A stretch of 64,000 nt of DNA from Botryllus schlosseri (Eukaryota): assembly GCA_051294905.1 (NCBI GenBank), contig CM119372.1, positions 5,952,001 to 6,016,000 of the forward strand. The letters are read 5' to 3'. A model generated the notes under the pieces. That model ran no database searches, had not been told where the DNA came from, and worked only from the letters and a program-made list of their open reading frames with translations. Position 1 is the first letter of the stretch, and each line of letters begins with the position of its first letter. Below are positions 54,601-64,000 of this stretch, piece by piece. The translations under genes were made by a program, and so were the position numbers.

Positions 54601-57600
54601 TCCTACTAGCGATGAGGTCGATTGTTACATTTGCCCCTAGTTACATTTGTCCCCGGTCTCCCCTACTAGTTACACTTTGGATTTTGCGACGAATAAATAT
54701 GTTTTGGGATTTGCTTACATCACTTTTACGAGTGAAATTGTCATAACAACTGCAAAAATTAGCCCCCTGCAACTGATTAAATTAATATAGTTTCGAAAAT
54801 CGCAACTTTAAGTGCATAGGGCCTCTATCGTTGATTACTTCGGGAAGTTGCGTCTGTGACTTCGGAAGTGACCATATCTGTAATTCACTGCTAAAATTAT
54901 GCGACCGCCAAACCAAATGTACCTTTTGAAACTAATTACTTCAATACTTTTGAGATGTTCATTTCATTAATTCTACTTGTAGTAGTTTTGACATGTCTTT
55001 GCAATCACTGCGTCTATACTTGAATATCAACGCTGAATACATTCACGACCTCTTCTCTAATACCCTTAAGTGTTAACCTATTTCGGATGGATAAATTGTT
55101 TCTACTGTGTAGTGTGTATTACCGTTAATACCTCGTCCTGTGTCTTTTAGCGCCGGAGTGGGAAGAACGGGAACATTTATCTCCTTGGATTATAACCTAG
55201 ACGATTTGGCTACTACATCAACGGTCGATATCACATCTCAAATGTGGGCCATGAGGGAGCGAAGAACAGAAATGATTCAGACCTCGGTATGTTACACTTG
55301 GAAACGTTTGATTCCGAGGCGCGGAGCTCACGCACTCGATTTACGTTTCCAGGACCAATTCATCTTAGTTCACAAAATGATTTTGGAGCGACATCTGATG
55401 GGAGAGACGGACATTGATGTTGCGAGGTTGGAAGAATTGATGTCCAATAACGGGTAAGACTGTGGTACCAAACGTTGGCGGAGTTATAAACCGGTTCAGG
55501 GGTCTAGGAGTACGGCATGAGGTGTATATGTTCGGAGGGGGTTCTTGGAAAGAATCGAATCTGAGTCAAGTCAAAAAAAAAATATCATCACACTAAATCA
55601 CTTCGATTCCGAAAGACTATAACGGTGGTTTTTAATCTGTACTAACCTGCGGAACTCCAAATATTCACTGAGTCATACATAACAACACCACAATACACAT
55701 ATAAATATTAAACGCACATCTATTACTGCACATTACTATAAATTACCGATGCAGAAAATGAATTGTGCATCAATATAGTGCTAAAAGAACAAAACCATTA
55801 TAGTATGATTGTCACACAAAACGAAAACATTATAATGGATATTTATTGCAAATACCAGTTCGGAAATTCTAGGCTTCTCCTTGGAAAGTGGCATTGTATT
55901 GTTCGGTCGAAATGCGACATCGTGACAACAATGGCTTAATTACAAATGAGTTTGTGGATACTGGAAATAAAGTTGGCATTTCAAAATGGTCGGGGATTCG
56001 ATATCGAACCCAACCTTCCCTGAGTACGACATTGCACAAGACGCACCGCATCAAAAGTTACATTTCGACTACGGATCAGGCCTAATTACATGCAAACAAT
56101 TATGGCCTGGACGGGTGTTTATCATCAAAAATCATATGCATGAGTTGAGTTTGTGTCTTAACCTCGCCAGGTAACCCCTGAGATTGTTTCAGGGTATCCC
56201 TAGTGTTTAATGGAATACCGCAGTTCAGAACCTCTGCTGTATAACTTAGAGATCTGACTAACTTTGCAAGTTATAGGGGAAAACACTATGTTGATTCGTA
56301 ACGAACTTCTACACTGTGAATGGTGTATAACTTATAACTTATGTGCTATTTGTACAGACCTTAACACCTCTACACTTCGATCATTCACAAGCATAATATA
56401 GGTATATCTAGTAGGGATGGTGAGAAAAGTAACCTTGGTAGGTTCTGCCCGTGACCGTTTTTCATCAATATAAGAAGTTTACATTAATATGTTCATGTGT
56501 ATGTACATTGTACAATGTACAATAAAGTTCATTTTAACGTTGGCGTTCACAGTCAACCTTTCATAAAATTCCAGGTTCGTTTTAGGGGTTAACATCATCC
56601 CTACTTATAATAGCTGATCTAGATTTATAGCACTATTTCATAGGCATTGCAATCAACAGCTCCATCGTCCGCAATACAAAACACATCACCCAGGCAGTTA
56701 TGGATTTGTATTCTTGGTCAATTTGCACTAATTACTAACGTTACAATCGACCAGGTTATCCGACGATCATCTGGAAACCGAATTCGAAAAAATCAGCAAA
56801 GTAAAACCGACCGAAACGGACCAGGACATTAGCTCTCGGTTCTACCACTTGAATCGCGATCCTTCAGTCATACCATGTAATAACTGCGTTTTCTTTGCTC
56901 GCGTCTGTTTCGTAGCCTATAATCCCGTGCCTGTCTTCCCGCAACAGATGACCGGAACATTGCAGCCATACGAATGCGCCCCGAGGACCACACCGCGCCA
57001 TATTTGAACGCTTCTTTTATTCCGGTAGGTGAAAATTCAAACGAATCATATCGAAATGAAGCGGAATATTGTCGGCCGACTCTTGTGTGAAGTAATCGTC
57101 AGCAACTATACTAGACAATTTATGTGGTAGTGGAACCCTGAAATATTTATTTCGATATGAATATATTATTCAATTGTATTTTCAAGTTCCGTACCTCCAA
57201 GAGTCTCTTTAAGTTTCGTGATTCGTCGAAAATGAAGAAGTATAAAGGGACTTTCACCGTCAGGATTTTCAATTGCTTTAAATAGCCATATAGCACATGC
57301 CAAAAATAACAAAAAAAGCTTATTTTTGGCATTTTTCAGATTTTATTTTTGGCGATTTTGGCATCGCCATGAAATCATATTTAGAGACTCGAATTAACCA
57401 TGTGAAACGCTTCAGTTGCGTCTTTCTTATGATTCCGAAATCACAACAAATGAAGTATCCACACTGTGCGATCAAACGGTAAGCTTTAAATCCGAATTGA
57501 AAACGATGTATTGGAGACCAAATTTACCCGATACAATGCAGTATTCTTAATACTCACTATGCGTGCAAAATCACCGGCATTCACACAGGTCACAAAACTT

Positions 57601-60600
57601 ATGATAACAAGTCAAAAGAGTTACTGACACGTACACGTTTGGATTGCAGCCTTCGCTACCCAACCTTTGTTTAGAAATCATGAGTGGCTTTAATTGATAT
57701 TGGTCAGAGTGAAAAACAGGTTTCTATTCCATACGTGCTACAAATATCACCTCATAAAGAAGTTATACGGTAGCCACCATCCCAATCGGACAAATTTGTT
57801 TATATGATACAATAAACATCAAATCAAGGTGGATCCCACCCGTCTTCTAGATTTTCCACATTATAGAACGATGTATAGGGATGGTGAGAACCTCAGAAAG
57901 GTTCAGGTTCGTGTGAACGATAACCTTTTCGAAAGTGAACCTCGTGACGTCACGTGACGTCATATTGCTAATTCCAACCCTACATTTCAGTGAAGTGATA
58001 GCCTATATTAATGCAATAAATTTCGACCAAATATGTTTTAATGAAGTGAAAATTGTAATATATGAAAAAGGTTCACAGTGCAGTGCACAGGTTCGTCTGT
58101 GAACGTGAACCTCTAACTTTCTGAGGTTTACACACAGAACGCGAACGTGAACCTCACGTTCACACCATCCCTAAAACGCTACATTGGTTATATCAATTTC
58201 ATTGATGTCAAAAATTGATTGACAATTCGCTAACAAGCTATACAACATATACATGTTATTTGTTCTGTTGTTGATGATGTGTGATTGCGGACCAAGCTCA
58301 CAGCAGAGAGTTACTAAATATTCACAAACGGAAAGCCGAGTATTTCGGGCAAACTTTTCGAACATAGCGAAGTGATTTTCGAAATTGACAACATGCTGGT
58401 TTGGATACGGCCGAATTTATTTTCCTGCTGCCAGGGTCACGGAAAGGGTGGTCCGAAGTTGAAATGCAAATAATTTCAACCAAACATATTATAATGACGT
58501 GAAAAAATGTAATATAACAAAAGGGCTCATAGTGCAGAACCTACCAAGGTTCATTTGAGAACGCGAACCTCCAAATTTATGAGGTTCACACGCCCAGCGC
58601 GAACGTGAACGTCATCTTCACGCCATCCGTATATAAGACTCGTAAACGTCACCCCAAGTCTTACAGAAATTGCTCTGAAATTTGAGTTCATTTGCAATCA
58701 CAGTCCGCACGCACACGGACGATCTCGCATCTTATGAGCGAATATAACATAGCCGGTACTATTGCACGGCTTCCATGTTTTTCCTAATTTTAAACCAGGG
58801 ATACAGCAAAGAAGACAAGTTCATAGTGACACAGGACCCTTTACCAGACACCGAAGAATTATTTTGGAGAATGGCATTGGATAACAATGTTTCGTGTGTC
58901 GTCATGATTCGGAAACGTGGCGAATCGCAGGTATGGCGGAACTCTCCGTGCTAATTTCATCACAGATGCCGGCATGATATTTTCTATTAAATCTTAAGCA
59001 TTGAGTCCATCATAATTCTCCATTTCTGCGCGGTTTCGCGAGTGTCATCTTTGGGCTGAGAACCTCTGTGGTCTTGTAACGCATACCACGTCCAATAGCA
59101 TCAGGCTGTAGTCGGGTTATATAGTTCGTAATGTGATGGTATTTGTATCATGTGATTCTTGAGGCTGCGAAAGCGATATGCTCTCGATCAATTGATATAA
59201 GTGGTAGATATATCCACCGTCACTTGGTGACATTTTATTTCCATGATTATGACACAACACCTAAACTTGTAATATCATTCGTGTTTATATCGTTGCGCTC
59301 GAACTTGCGAAAGTATCTTAAAAGTAAATTAAGCATACGAGCTGTGCCATGGTATTTGTGTAAAGATATTATTTAAGATGGGTGAACTAGTATGATAGAT
59401 TGCTAGTAGCCTACGTGTAACTATTCGTATAAGCGAATCCTGAATGAATTTAGCATAGTTTTGTGATATGAATCCAACCTTCAAATCGTACATATCATAA
59501 GCGTAGCTGTGACTTCTCTAACGTCTGACCATTACGATGTCGCTCTGTAAGAATGCTATACGATAACTGTCAAGCAGCTATATTTTTGTGATTCTGATCC
59601 GTTGCAACTACAAAATTACAGCCAGCCTTTCATTGCCGCGTTAACAAGAATAGGTAATGATATTAATTGCCTAGGACATTTCGGCCAAGTACTGGGCCGA
59701 CCGGCAATCAGTCGAATTCGGGAAAGTGACCGTGTCCGTGCTGGAGACGTTCATGGAGAGGAATTTCACCCAAAGGAAAATATTTCTGCGGGAAGTCGTT
59801 CTCACGGTATGTAATCCAAATTTTTCCGTTCAGTTCTATTCCGCATGTAGGCCTACAGTACATATATAACTAACAATGAAATAAACATCTGTCTTATTGG
59901 CAATGAGCCTTATACATGCTGAATCACATTCATCAATTCACCTAACATTACGGTAAATATCATTACGGTGAATCCCTTACTTCATTACATGCCCGCTATC
60001 TAAATAAGCAAATAGAAACAGGTTTCAAAGAGAAAGTACTTTGGATGATACCTCAAGGACTGTAACCACTGTCACAAGATCTTTGTGGGGGTATTTCGGG
60101 TTTCTTGTTTAAACTACTGTTGCTACATACAGTTTGTATTCGCTCCTCGGCAATAAACGAATATTCTGCAAAGAGTCACATAAACCACCGTGTATTCAGT
60201 TGTGCATCAATGCCCCATCCATCGATTCTGTGTATATATAGTCAGAAAGGGTCCAATATTGTTATTACCTCTGCCTCTACACTCTCCCATCACTGCGAAC
60301 AACAAACTATCCGTCGCATCATACTTACATGACACGTCATAATACAATATAACAAGCAGGATCCGCTCAACACTTGCATCATGTTACTCAGTATGTTATA
60401 GCAAACATTTAATAGCACGGAGGAATTTTGTTATCACCTGGTACCAATGCATACGATAGGGTATCAATAACTCCAATCATCTAATGAATTCCTCTGCGAG
60501 AAACTAATCGAGTTATTAGGTTACAGTCGAATAGCTTTGTGTGTACGGCCGCTCGTACAAGCATGTGATATAGCTAATTAGTTTCTTACGCAGAAGAGAG

Positions 60601-63324
60601 AGTATAAGCATTTTTTATAGCGGCGTATCAACCGATTCTGCCTATAACGTGAATCGTTATTAAATGCGTGAATAGTGAACAGTTGGAATGGTGAGTGCAA
60701 AGTCTCTGTAAGCATCTGCGTCACGTTCGTGTTTGGTAGTGTCAAGTTGGGTGTCTGATCTCAAAAACCAGGCTACTCCGAGTCGTTTCGACACCTTCCT
60801 ATCTTTTATTGTATTTCAATCTTGTGGTATATTGATCGGATAATATTGCTTTGTTTTGAAATAGGCCTGGCTGTGTTCCAGTAATCATAACATCTACGAT
60901 CGAATCGAAACTCTTCGCGGTCAACAACCGTGTCGTGATGCCAGTAAACAAAATTCAACACAGAGCTTAGAGGACATAATAGTGACATAATAAATTATGT
61001 CGAGAATTTGGAATGAAGCTTGGGATATCATTCTATTTTATTTGTTAAATAAAATGTTCCACTTCCTTCGTTGACCTATAGGCAGATATGGTCAAAAGTA
61101 GTCATCAATGGTAATCAGCACAAGCTAAATAACGCCGTAAATGTGTATTACGTACTACGAAAGAGTGGGAGTAATTCGATAATGATCACCTCTGCCTCTG
61201 TAGGTAACGTATGTTGACAATATTACCATAGTGTCCTATATGGTGTCGAGTGTCGACACAGCCAAATGTCACGCCTCAGTGAAATTGTATCACGTGACAA
61301 TTTCCATTTGGCTACAGGCAATTTCAATCGAAAGCTGACTCTGCACTGATTACAAAAATATTAATTTTATTCCGCTCGTGGCCCTGGAGCTCCCAGCACA
61401 ATCAGCCTCGAATTTTTCATTGTTATGGAGATTGGCATTGGGACGCAACAATGCTGTCTGGCGAAACGAGAGAGTAGCTCAAGAGAAAAAGAGCCAGACA
61501 GCATTGTTCAGCATTGTTGCGTCCCAATGCCAATCTCGATAACAATGAAAAATTCGAGGGTGATTGTGGGAGTTCCAGGGCCACGAGCGGAATAAAATTT
61601 ATACTTTTGTAATCAGTGCTGAGTCAGCTTTCGATTGATACCCGTTTTACCAAATTTAATGCTCGGCAAGCCGGTCAAAAATGACCGTCAAATTGCCTGT
61701 AGCCAAATGGAAATTGTGACTTAAATCAATTTCACTGAGGCGTGAGATTGGCTTGTGTCGGTGTCGACACCACCGTTCCCGTTCAGTTATCTAGTGCTAT
61801 CTAGTGTCTGATGAGAAGGATATGATATGTCCGCTTGGCATAGACATTGTGAATTCATAAGCACGTGTTCGTGTTCACGTTCACACCAGTAATGACTGAT
61901 GATGAGCATTATTCGGCTTCAGATAGGATTAGGACGGGATTTTGCACACCTTTGCGTCACTCGGTTCGGATACGCATTCTATGTAATCTTTTGTCTCGTA
62001 TATCTTCGGATAGCTGTAACCAGAATTTAGTTTCGATTACTAACCAGAAGAAGAAAATCATCATATAGACTAGCAAAATAAACCGTAGAAACCGTGTTTA
62101 GGGACTGGTATCATTCCAAAACCATTCTCTCAAGGGTAAAACCCAATGTAAATCAGCTAATCGATTGCAAAGGCTATTTCGTAACTATATCTCAAATATC
62201 ATTATCCACTCTACACTTGGTTCGCACTAATCAGAACCTTTGCGGGCTTTCCATCACACCTATAGTAACTAGAAAATATCGTCCATGAAATGCTGTTCTG
62301 ATGTTATTCTGCTGTGTGCAGTCCGCTCGCTCCAGCAACATTACTCACTTCGAATTCACCGAATGGCCCGAGAATCCAGCCCAAGGAGCTGATCCATTAC
62401 TAGAACTGATAGGCCGCGTGCAGAAAGAGAGAGCTGCTGCAGACGCCGGACACGGGCCTGTCATCGTGCATTGCGGGTGAGAGCGTCGCTTTAACGCTTC
62501 TTTAAATCAGACCGAGGCTTACGGCATCGCGTAACGTGTTCAGGAACGGATCGGAGTACGTTGGGGCGTTGTGCGCCATCGCGAACATCGTGGAGCGTAT
62601 CAAGAACGAGAGTCGGGTCGATGTGGTGCGGGCTGTCAAAGACCTGCGCGACATGAGGCCGCAGATGGTTTACAGTTTGGTAAGGCTATATCAGTGGTTC
62701 TTAACCTGGGGCTCTAGCGCCTCCATGTGGCGATTTGGATGTTGGAGTCACGAAAACGCCAAGCGGGCGGTAGGGGGGCGCTGAAGAAAAATGACGTCGC
62801 TGTGTCGGACATATGAATAATGATTATATAGTAGAAGAATAGTTCTATGTTTACAGCGTGTTTCAATGAATGCAGTGGTTTATTATAATTCATGTAAAAT
62901 TGATTTGGCGTACTTGTAGATCGGCATTTCCCCGTTAAAACACTCCCGTCACACTAGCTCGGGTTAGTTTCCAAGAAATGTATCGAACTAGGTATTGTAT
63001 CCAGCAGCGCACATCATGTCGTAATCGAACAGGCAAGAGAGAAGATCTCCACCACATCCTCATTTGATTTACTAATCACACAAAGCAATAAAATAAAACC
63101 CAATACAAATATAGTTATAAAAACCCGAAATTGTAAACCTGCATTTTACTTTGTAACGTAGGCTACTGCGTCTTTATTTCTCAAAATAATGTTTCTCAAG
63201 CATCTACGTATGATACGTATGACTCAGACAATTTTGCGTATTGTTTCAGGACGAATACAAAGTCTGCTATGCGGCCGTAAGGTCCTACTTGGACACTTTT
63301 AACACCTATGCGAATTTCCAATAA
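18600..63324 (+). CDS. Multi-exon receptor-type protein tyrosine phosphatase (SP-sushi x7-Ig x3-CTLD-FN3-TM-PTP D1-PTP D2), 36 exons, about 1,950 aa
   Basis: Exons joined by hand with GT-AG sites and matching phases; summed length 5844 nt is divisible by 3. PTP motifs [49 protein letters not shown]. One junction (47717/47770) is non-canonical. Confidence 0.88.
21714..21758 (-). ncRNA. Inverted identical copy of the hammerhead motif
   Basis: Exact reverse complement of 21842-21886. Confidence 0.65.
21842..21886 (+). ncRNA. Minimal type-I hammerhead ribozyme motif
   Basis: ACCC-CUGACGA-G(7 nt)C-GAAA-AUAU-UC-GGGU: full core, 1-bp stem II, palindromic stem III AAUAUU, stem I ACCC/GGGU; predicted cleavage after C21879. 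Confidence 0.65.
22005..22214 (+). CDS. Sushi exon 1 of the RPTP (type A)
   Basis: AG/GT boundaries, 210 nt, open frame VTCTEEPHF...[10 protein letters not shown]. Confidence 0.88.
23570..23760 (+). pseudogene. Sushi pseudo-exon (type B')
   Basis: Acceptor intact; 4-nt deletion (acgtcgat versus acgtgcgtcgat) causes frameshift and stop; no donor. Confidence 0.85.
24301..24504 (+). CDS. Sushi exon 2 (type D)
   Basis: TTTTAG/GTAAGT, 204 nt, phase 1-1, six Cys. Confidence 0.88.
24816..25025 (+). CDS. Sushi exon 3 (type B)
   Basis: CACAG/GT, 210 nt, open frame ITCGTFPDV...[11 protein letters not shown]. Confidence 0.88.
25161..25366 (+). pseudogene. Sushi pseudo-exon (type D')
   Basis: Copy of the 24301 exon with frameshifts, W codon changed to TAG, donor decayed (gtaag to gaag). 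Confidence 0.85.
26321..26530 (+). CDS. Sushi exon 4 (type A; near-identical to 22005)
   Basis: AG/GT, 210 nt, open frame; only a few amino-acid differences from the 22005 exon. Confidence 0.88.
27878..28068 (+). pseudogene. Sushi pseudo-exon (type B')
   Basis: Same 4-nt deletion as 23570 plus tgc caa changed to tcc taa (Cys loss and stop). Confidence 0.85.
28601..28804 (+). CDS. Sushi exon 5 (type D)
   Basis: TTTTAG/GTGAGT, 204 nt, open, six Cys. Confidence 0.88.
29233..29442 (+). CDS. Sushi exon 6 (type B)
   Basis: CACAG/GT, 210 nt, open frame [12 protein letters not shown]...[11 protein letters not shown]. Confidence 0.88.
29647..29853 (+). CDS. Sushi exon 7 (type C)
   Basis: TTATAG/GTAAGT, 207 nt, open, six Cys. 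Confidence 0.88.
29956..30258 (+). repeat. Two-copy tandem repeat, unit about 150 bp
   Basis: atgcggata...gggaaagggtaatttgctttgcaaag...tatattgatcgaa occurs twice. Confidence 0.8.
30350..31215 (-). mobile_element. hAT remnant with transposase C-terminal fragment (family of 36299-37011)
   Basis: LRCCQPTTA...[15 protein letters not shown]...NVRKY on the minus strand; reverse-complement similarity to 36300-37000; ends approximate. Confidence 0.7.
32349..32619 (+). mobile_element. Full-length tRNA-derived SINE
   Basis: A box tagcgcagcgg, B box ggttcgagtcc, (AAAC)n tail, 17-bp TSD aacaagtctaaccgccg. Confidence 0.88.
33010..34909 (+). mobile_element. Second SINE copy, split by a hAT insertion
   Basis: Head at 33010-33127; body and tail at 34737-34909 match 32349-32619. 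Confidence 0.85.
33128..34736. mobile_element. hAT element with internal tandem repeats of about 330 bp
   Basis: Termini cagcaccgtaac / gttacggccctg; exact TSD cctatagg; repeat units at about 33700-34500. Confidence 0.85.
35600..35712 (+). pseudogene. Highly decayed sushi exon relic
   Basis: [20 protein letters not shown] aligns by eye with [20 protein letters not shown] of exon 10448; boundaries approximate. Confidence 0.55.
36299..37011 (+). mobile_element. Non-autonomous hAT with transposase tail
   Basis: TAGGGCG...CGCCCTA; TSD gtcattat/gtcattac; [17 protein letters not shown] motif (frameshifted) at about 36570-36680. Confidence 0.82.
37266..37659. mobile_element. hAT (Charlie-like) MITE
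   Basis: TIR cagtggttcc; exact TSD atatagaa. Confidence 0.88.
37748..38080 (+). CDS. Ig-like domain 1 exon (no canonical cysteines)
   Basis: 333 nt, phase 1-1; [16 protein letters not shown] Ig E-F strand motif. Confidence 0.8.
38146..38448 (+). CDS. Ig-like domain 2 exon (I-set-like)
   Basis: 303 nt, phase 1-1; [14 protein letters not shown]...DNGTYVC. Confidence 0.88.
39246..39557 (+). CDS. Ig-like domain 3 exon
   Basis: 312 nt, phase 1-1; [16 protein letters not shown]...[11 protein letters not shown]. Confidence 0.85.
39628..40032 (+). CDS. C-type lectin-like domain, two exons (39628-39789, 39850-40032)
   Basis: A..AC....HLV.I, YIGA, WTW, C...W..VDC...RYVC pattern; 60-nt intron. Confidence 0.85.
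40401..41720 (-). mobile_element. Truncated inverted copy of the 42142-44591 family
   Basis: Begins caggggtctcaagcac; internal reverse-complement similarity to 42142-44591 and 44923-46182; far end not found. Confidence 0.7.
42142..44591 (+). mobile_element. hAT (Charlie/MER45-like) element containing a nested hAT
   Basis: TIR cagaggtctcaaac; exact TSD cactagtc. Confidence 0.9.
43061..43957. mobile_element. Ac-like hAT MITE (TAGGGATGGTG ends), nested
   Basis: TIR tagggatggtgtgaac; exact TSD ctactacc; gtgaac(c/g) subterminal repeats. Confidence 0.9.
44923..46182 (+). mobile_element. hAT element of the 42142 family
   Basis: cagaggtc...gacctctg; TSD gtctaact/gtctaatt. Confidence 0.85.
46212..47383 (+). 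CDS. FN3-type domains, exons 46212-46441, 46500-46685, 47185-47383
   Basis: PTDV...VSW...YRV...ANTEYQIE and P..VRDV...LSW...PNSRYNASI patterns; phases 1-0-0-1 consistent. Confidence 0.8.
47444..48047 (+). CDS. Membrane-proximal FN3-like domain, exons 47444-47552, 47628-about 47717, 47770-48047
   Basis: NGIISCIFV, FTIG and LKPNKFY motifs typical of the RPTP membrane-proximal domain; RKKR site; middle donor unresolved. Confidence 0.7.
48107..48188 (+). CDS. Transmembrane exon
   Basis: [21 protein letters not shown] followed by basic KKR; AG/GT and phases fit. Confidence 0.88.
48454..48703. mobile_element. hAT-like MITE with gactcga repeats
   Basis: cagcgctg...cagccctg; flanks cggcgtat/cgacgtac; related fragments at about 16230-16290 and 31270-31352. 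Confidence 0.65.
48976..49251 (+). CDS. Juxtamembrane and wedge exons (48976-49043, 49103-49251)
   Basis: Open frames with canonical sites; contains IYDEP and LLRDEF. Confidence 0.8.
50708..55453 (+). CDS. PTP domain D1: exons 50708-50798, 50854-50927, 50985-51119, 52140-52277, 52335-52471, 55151-55286, 55353-55453
   Basis: All classical PTP motifs in order; catalytic [13 protein letters not shown] loop and Q-loop intact. Confidence 0.93.
53288..54663. mobile_element. Tc1/mariner-pogo-like non-autonomous element
   Basis: 24-bp TIR ggggagaccggggacaa(t/a)tgtaac; TA TSD. Confidence 0.85.
56412..56603. mobile_element. Short TAGGGATG-family MITE
   Basis: tagggatggtg...catcatcccta termini; no TSD match. 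Confidence 0.6.
56755..63324 (+). CDS. PTP domain D2 (degenerate) and C-terminal tail: exons 56755-56876, 56948-57024, 58799-58930, 59675-59806, 62322-62476, 62544-62679, 63250-63324
   Basis: LETEF, YLNASF, FIVTQDP, KYW, WPE, HCGNGSEYVG, RPQMV; ends [10 protein letters not shown] then TAA. Confidence 0.9.
57876..58173. mobile_element. TAGGGATG-family MITE, inverted relative to 43061-43957
   Basis: tagggatggtg...caccatcccta; reverse-complement similarity to both ends of 43061-43957; another end fragment at about 58540-58630. Confidence 0.7.
61241..61772. repeat. Foldback element with long inverted arms
   Basis: Arms (about 61241-61460 and 61490-61772, with an asymmetric insert) are reverse complements; no TSD seen. 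Confidence 0.8.
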
Positions 63325-64000
63325 CGATAAATTTACCAGTCCGGACCGAGGATTTGCCCAATGCAGCTGCCATACAACTCTCACAGGGATGAAGTGATTT
63401 GGGTCGCCTTTGTAGCCTTGCGTTGCTGTATAGGCGGACGCTGCATGGATTATGCGTTTGTGATTTGTATTTCAGCTGGTATATTTTGATTTATGATGCC
63501 TTTTAATCTATACATGCCTACATATGCAAATTAATTTCGTCCATGTACTGCAACATGAATTGATTTATATAGTAATTTATATGGAGTGTGGACTCTGCGA
63601 AGTTTTCCTATTATGCACATCAAATATGATCACTGTATTACATTGAACGGTTAGGGTATTTCTGTGTTCCGGGATAGTAGGAAGTACCGCATATTAGTGT
63701 TAGTAGGCCCGAATATGATACAATACCTACCAGGTAATCATCTGTGTTTTATTCATCGAGGGCGAAATGAAATGACATACGAAACGGCCATTGTCGGGTG
63801 CCTTGACTAAAACCTGTAATTCGTGATTCGAAAGTGCCAAAGTTTTCTCGGTATCATATACTGTACATGCTGTTGCTGAAAAATTGGATACGATCTAGCT
63901 CACGCATTGCACGGTCGACGCAAGTCGATTGCTGTGCAACAGAATTCGATAAAAGGCCGTTCCTGTGTATGGTAAGAAACCGTAAGTATGCACCTGCACT

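Noticed and set aside
55859-56174. Candidate D1-D2 linker exons (ORFs 55888, 55986)
   Set aside because: Exon 56755-56876 joins 55453 in phase and supplies LETEF and the NR motif.

Overview
Eukaryotic (animal, probably invertebrate) AT-rich genomic DNA with spliceosomal introns. The main feature is one large + strand gene, read by hand as 36 coding exons from 18600 to 63324 (about 1,950 aa). It encodes a receptor-type protein tyrosine phosphatase with the order: signal peptide, 7 intact six-cysteine sushi/CCP repeats, 3 Ig-like domains, a C-type-lectin-like domain, FN3-type domains with an RKKR site, a transmembrane helix, PTP D1 ([10 protein letters not shown] and WPD intact), a degenerate PTP D2, and a PTPRA/E-like YANF tail. 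The sushi repeats are symmetric phase-1 cassette exons that expanded by tandem duplication and are interleaved with pseudo-exons. Four more sushi exons (two intact, two disabled) lie upstream of the signal-peptide exon. Long introns are packed with mostly non-autonomous DNA transposons (hAT types, CACTA-like, Chapaev3, pogo-like), several nested and with exact TSDs. There is also a tRNA-derived SINE family and a 237-bp insertion whose inverted arms each carry a minimal hammerhead ribozyme motif of the Penelope-like type. One splice junction (about 47717) cannot be closed canonically. Species, expression and novelty cannot be established from sequence alone.
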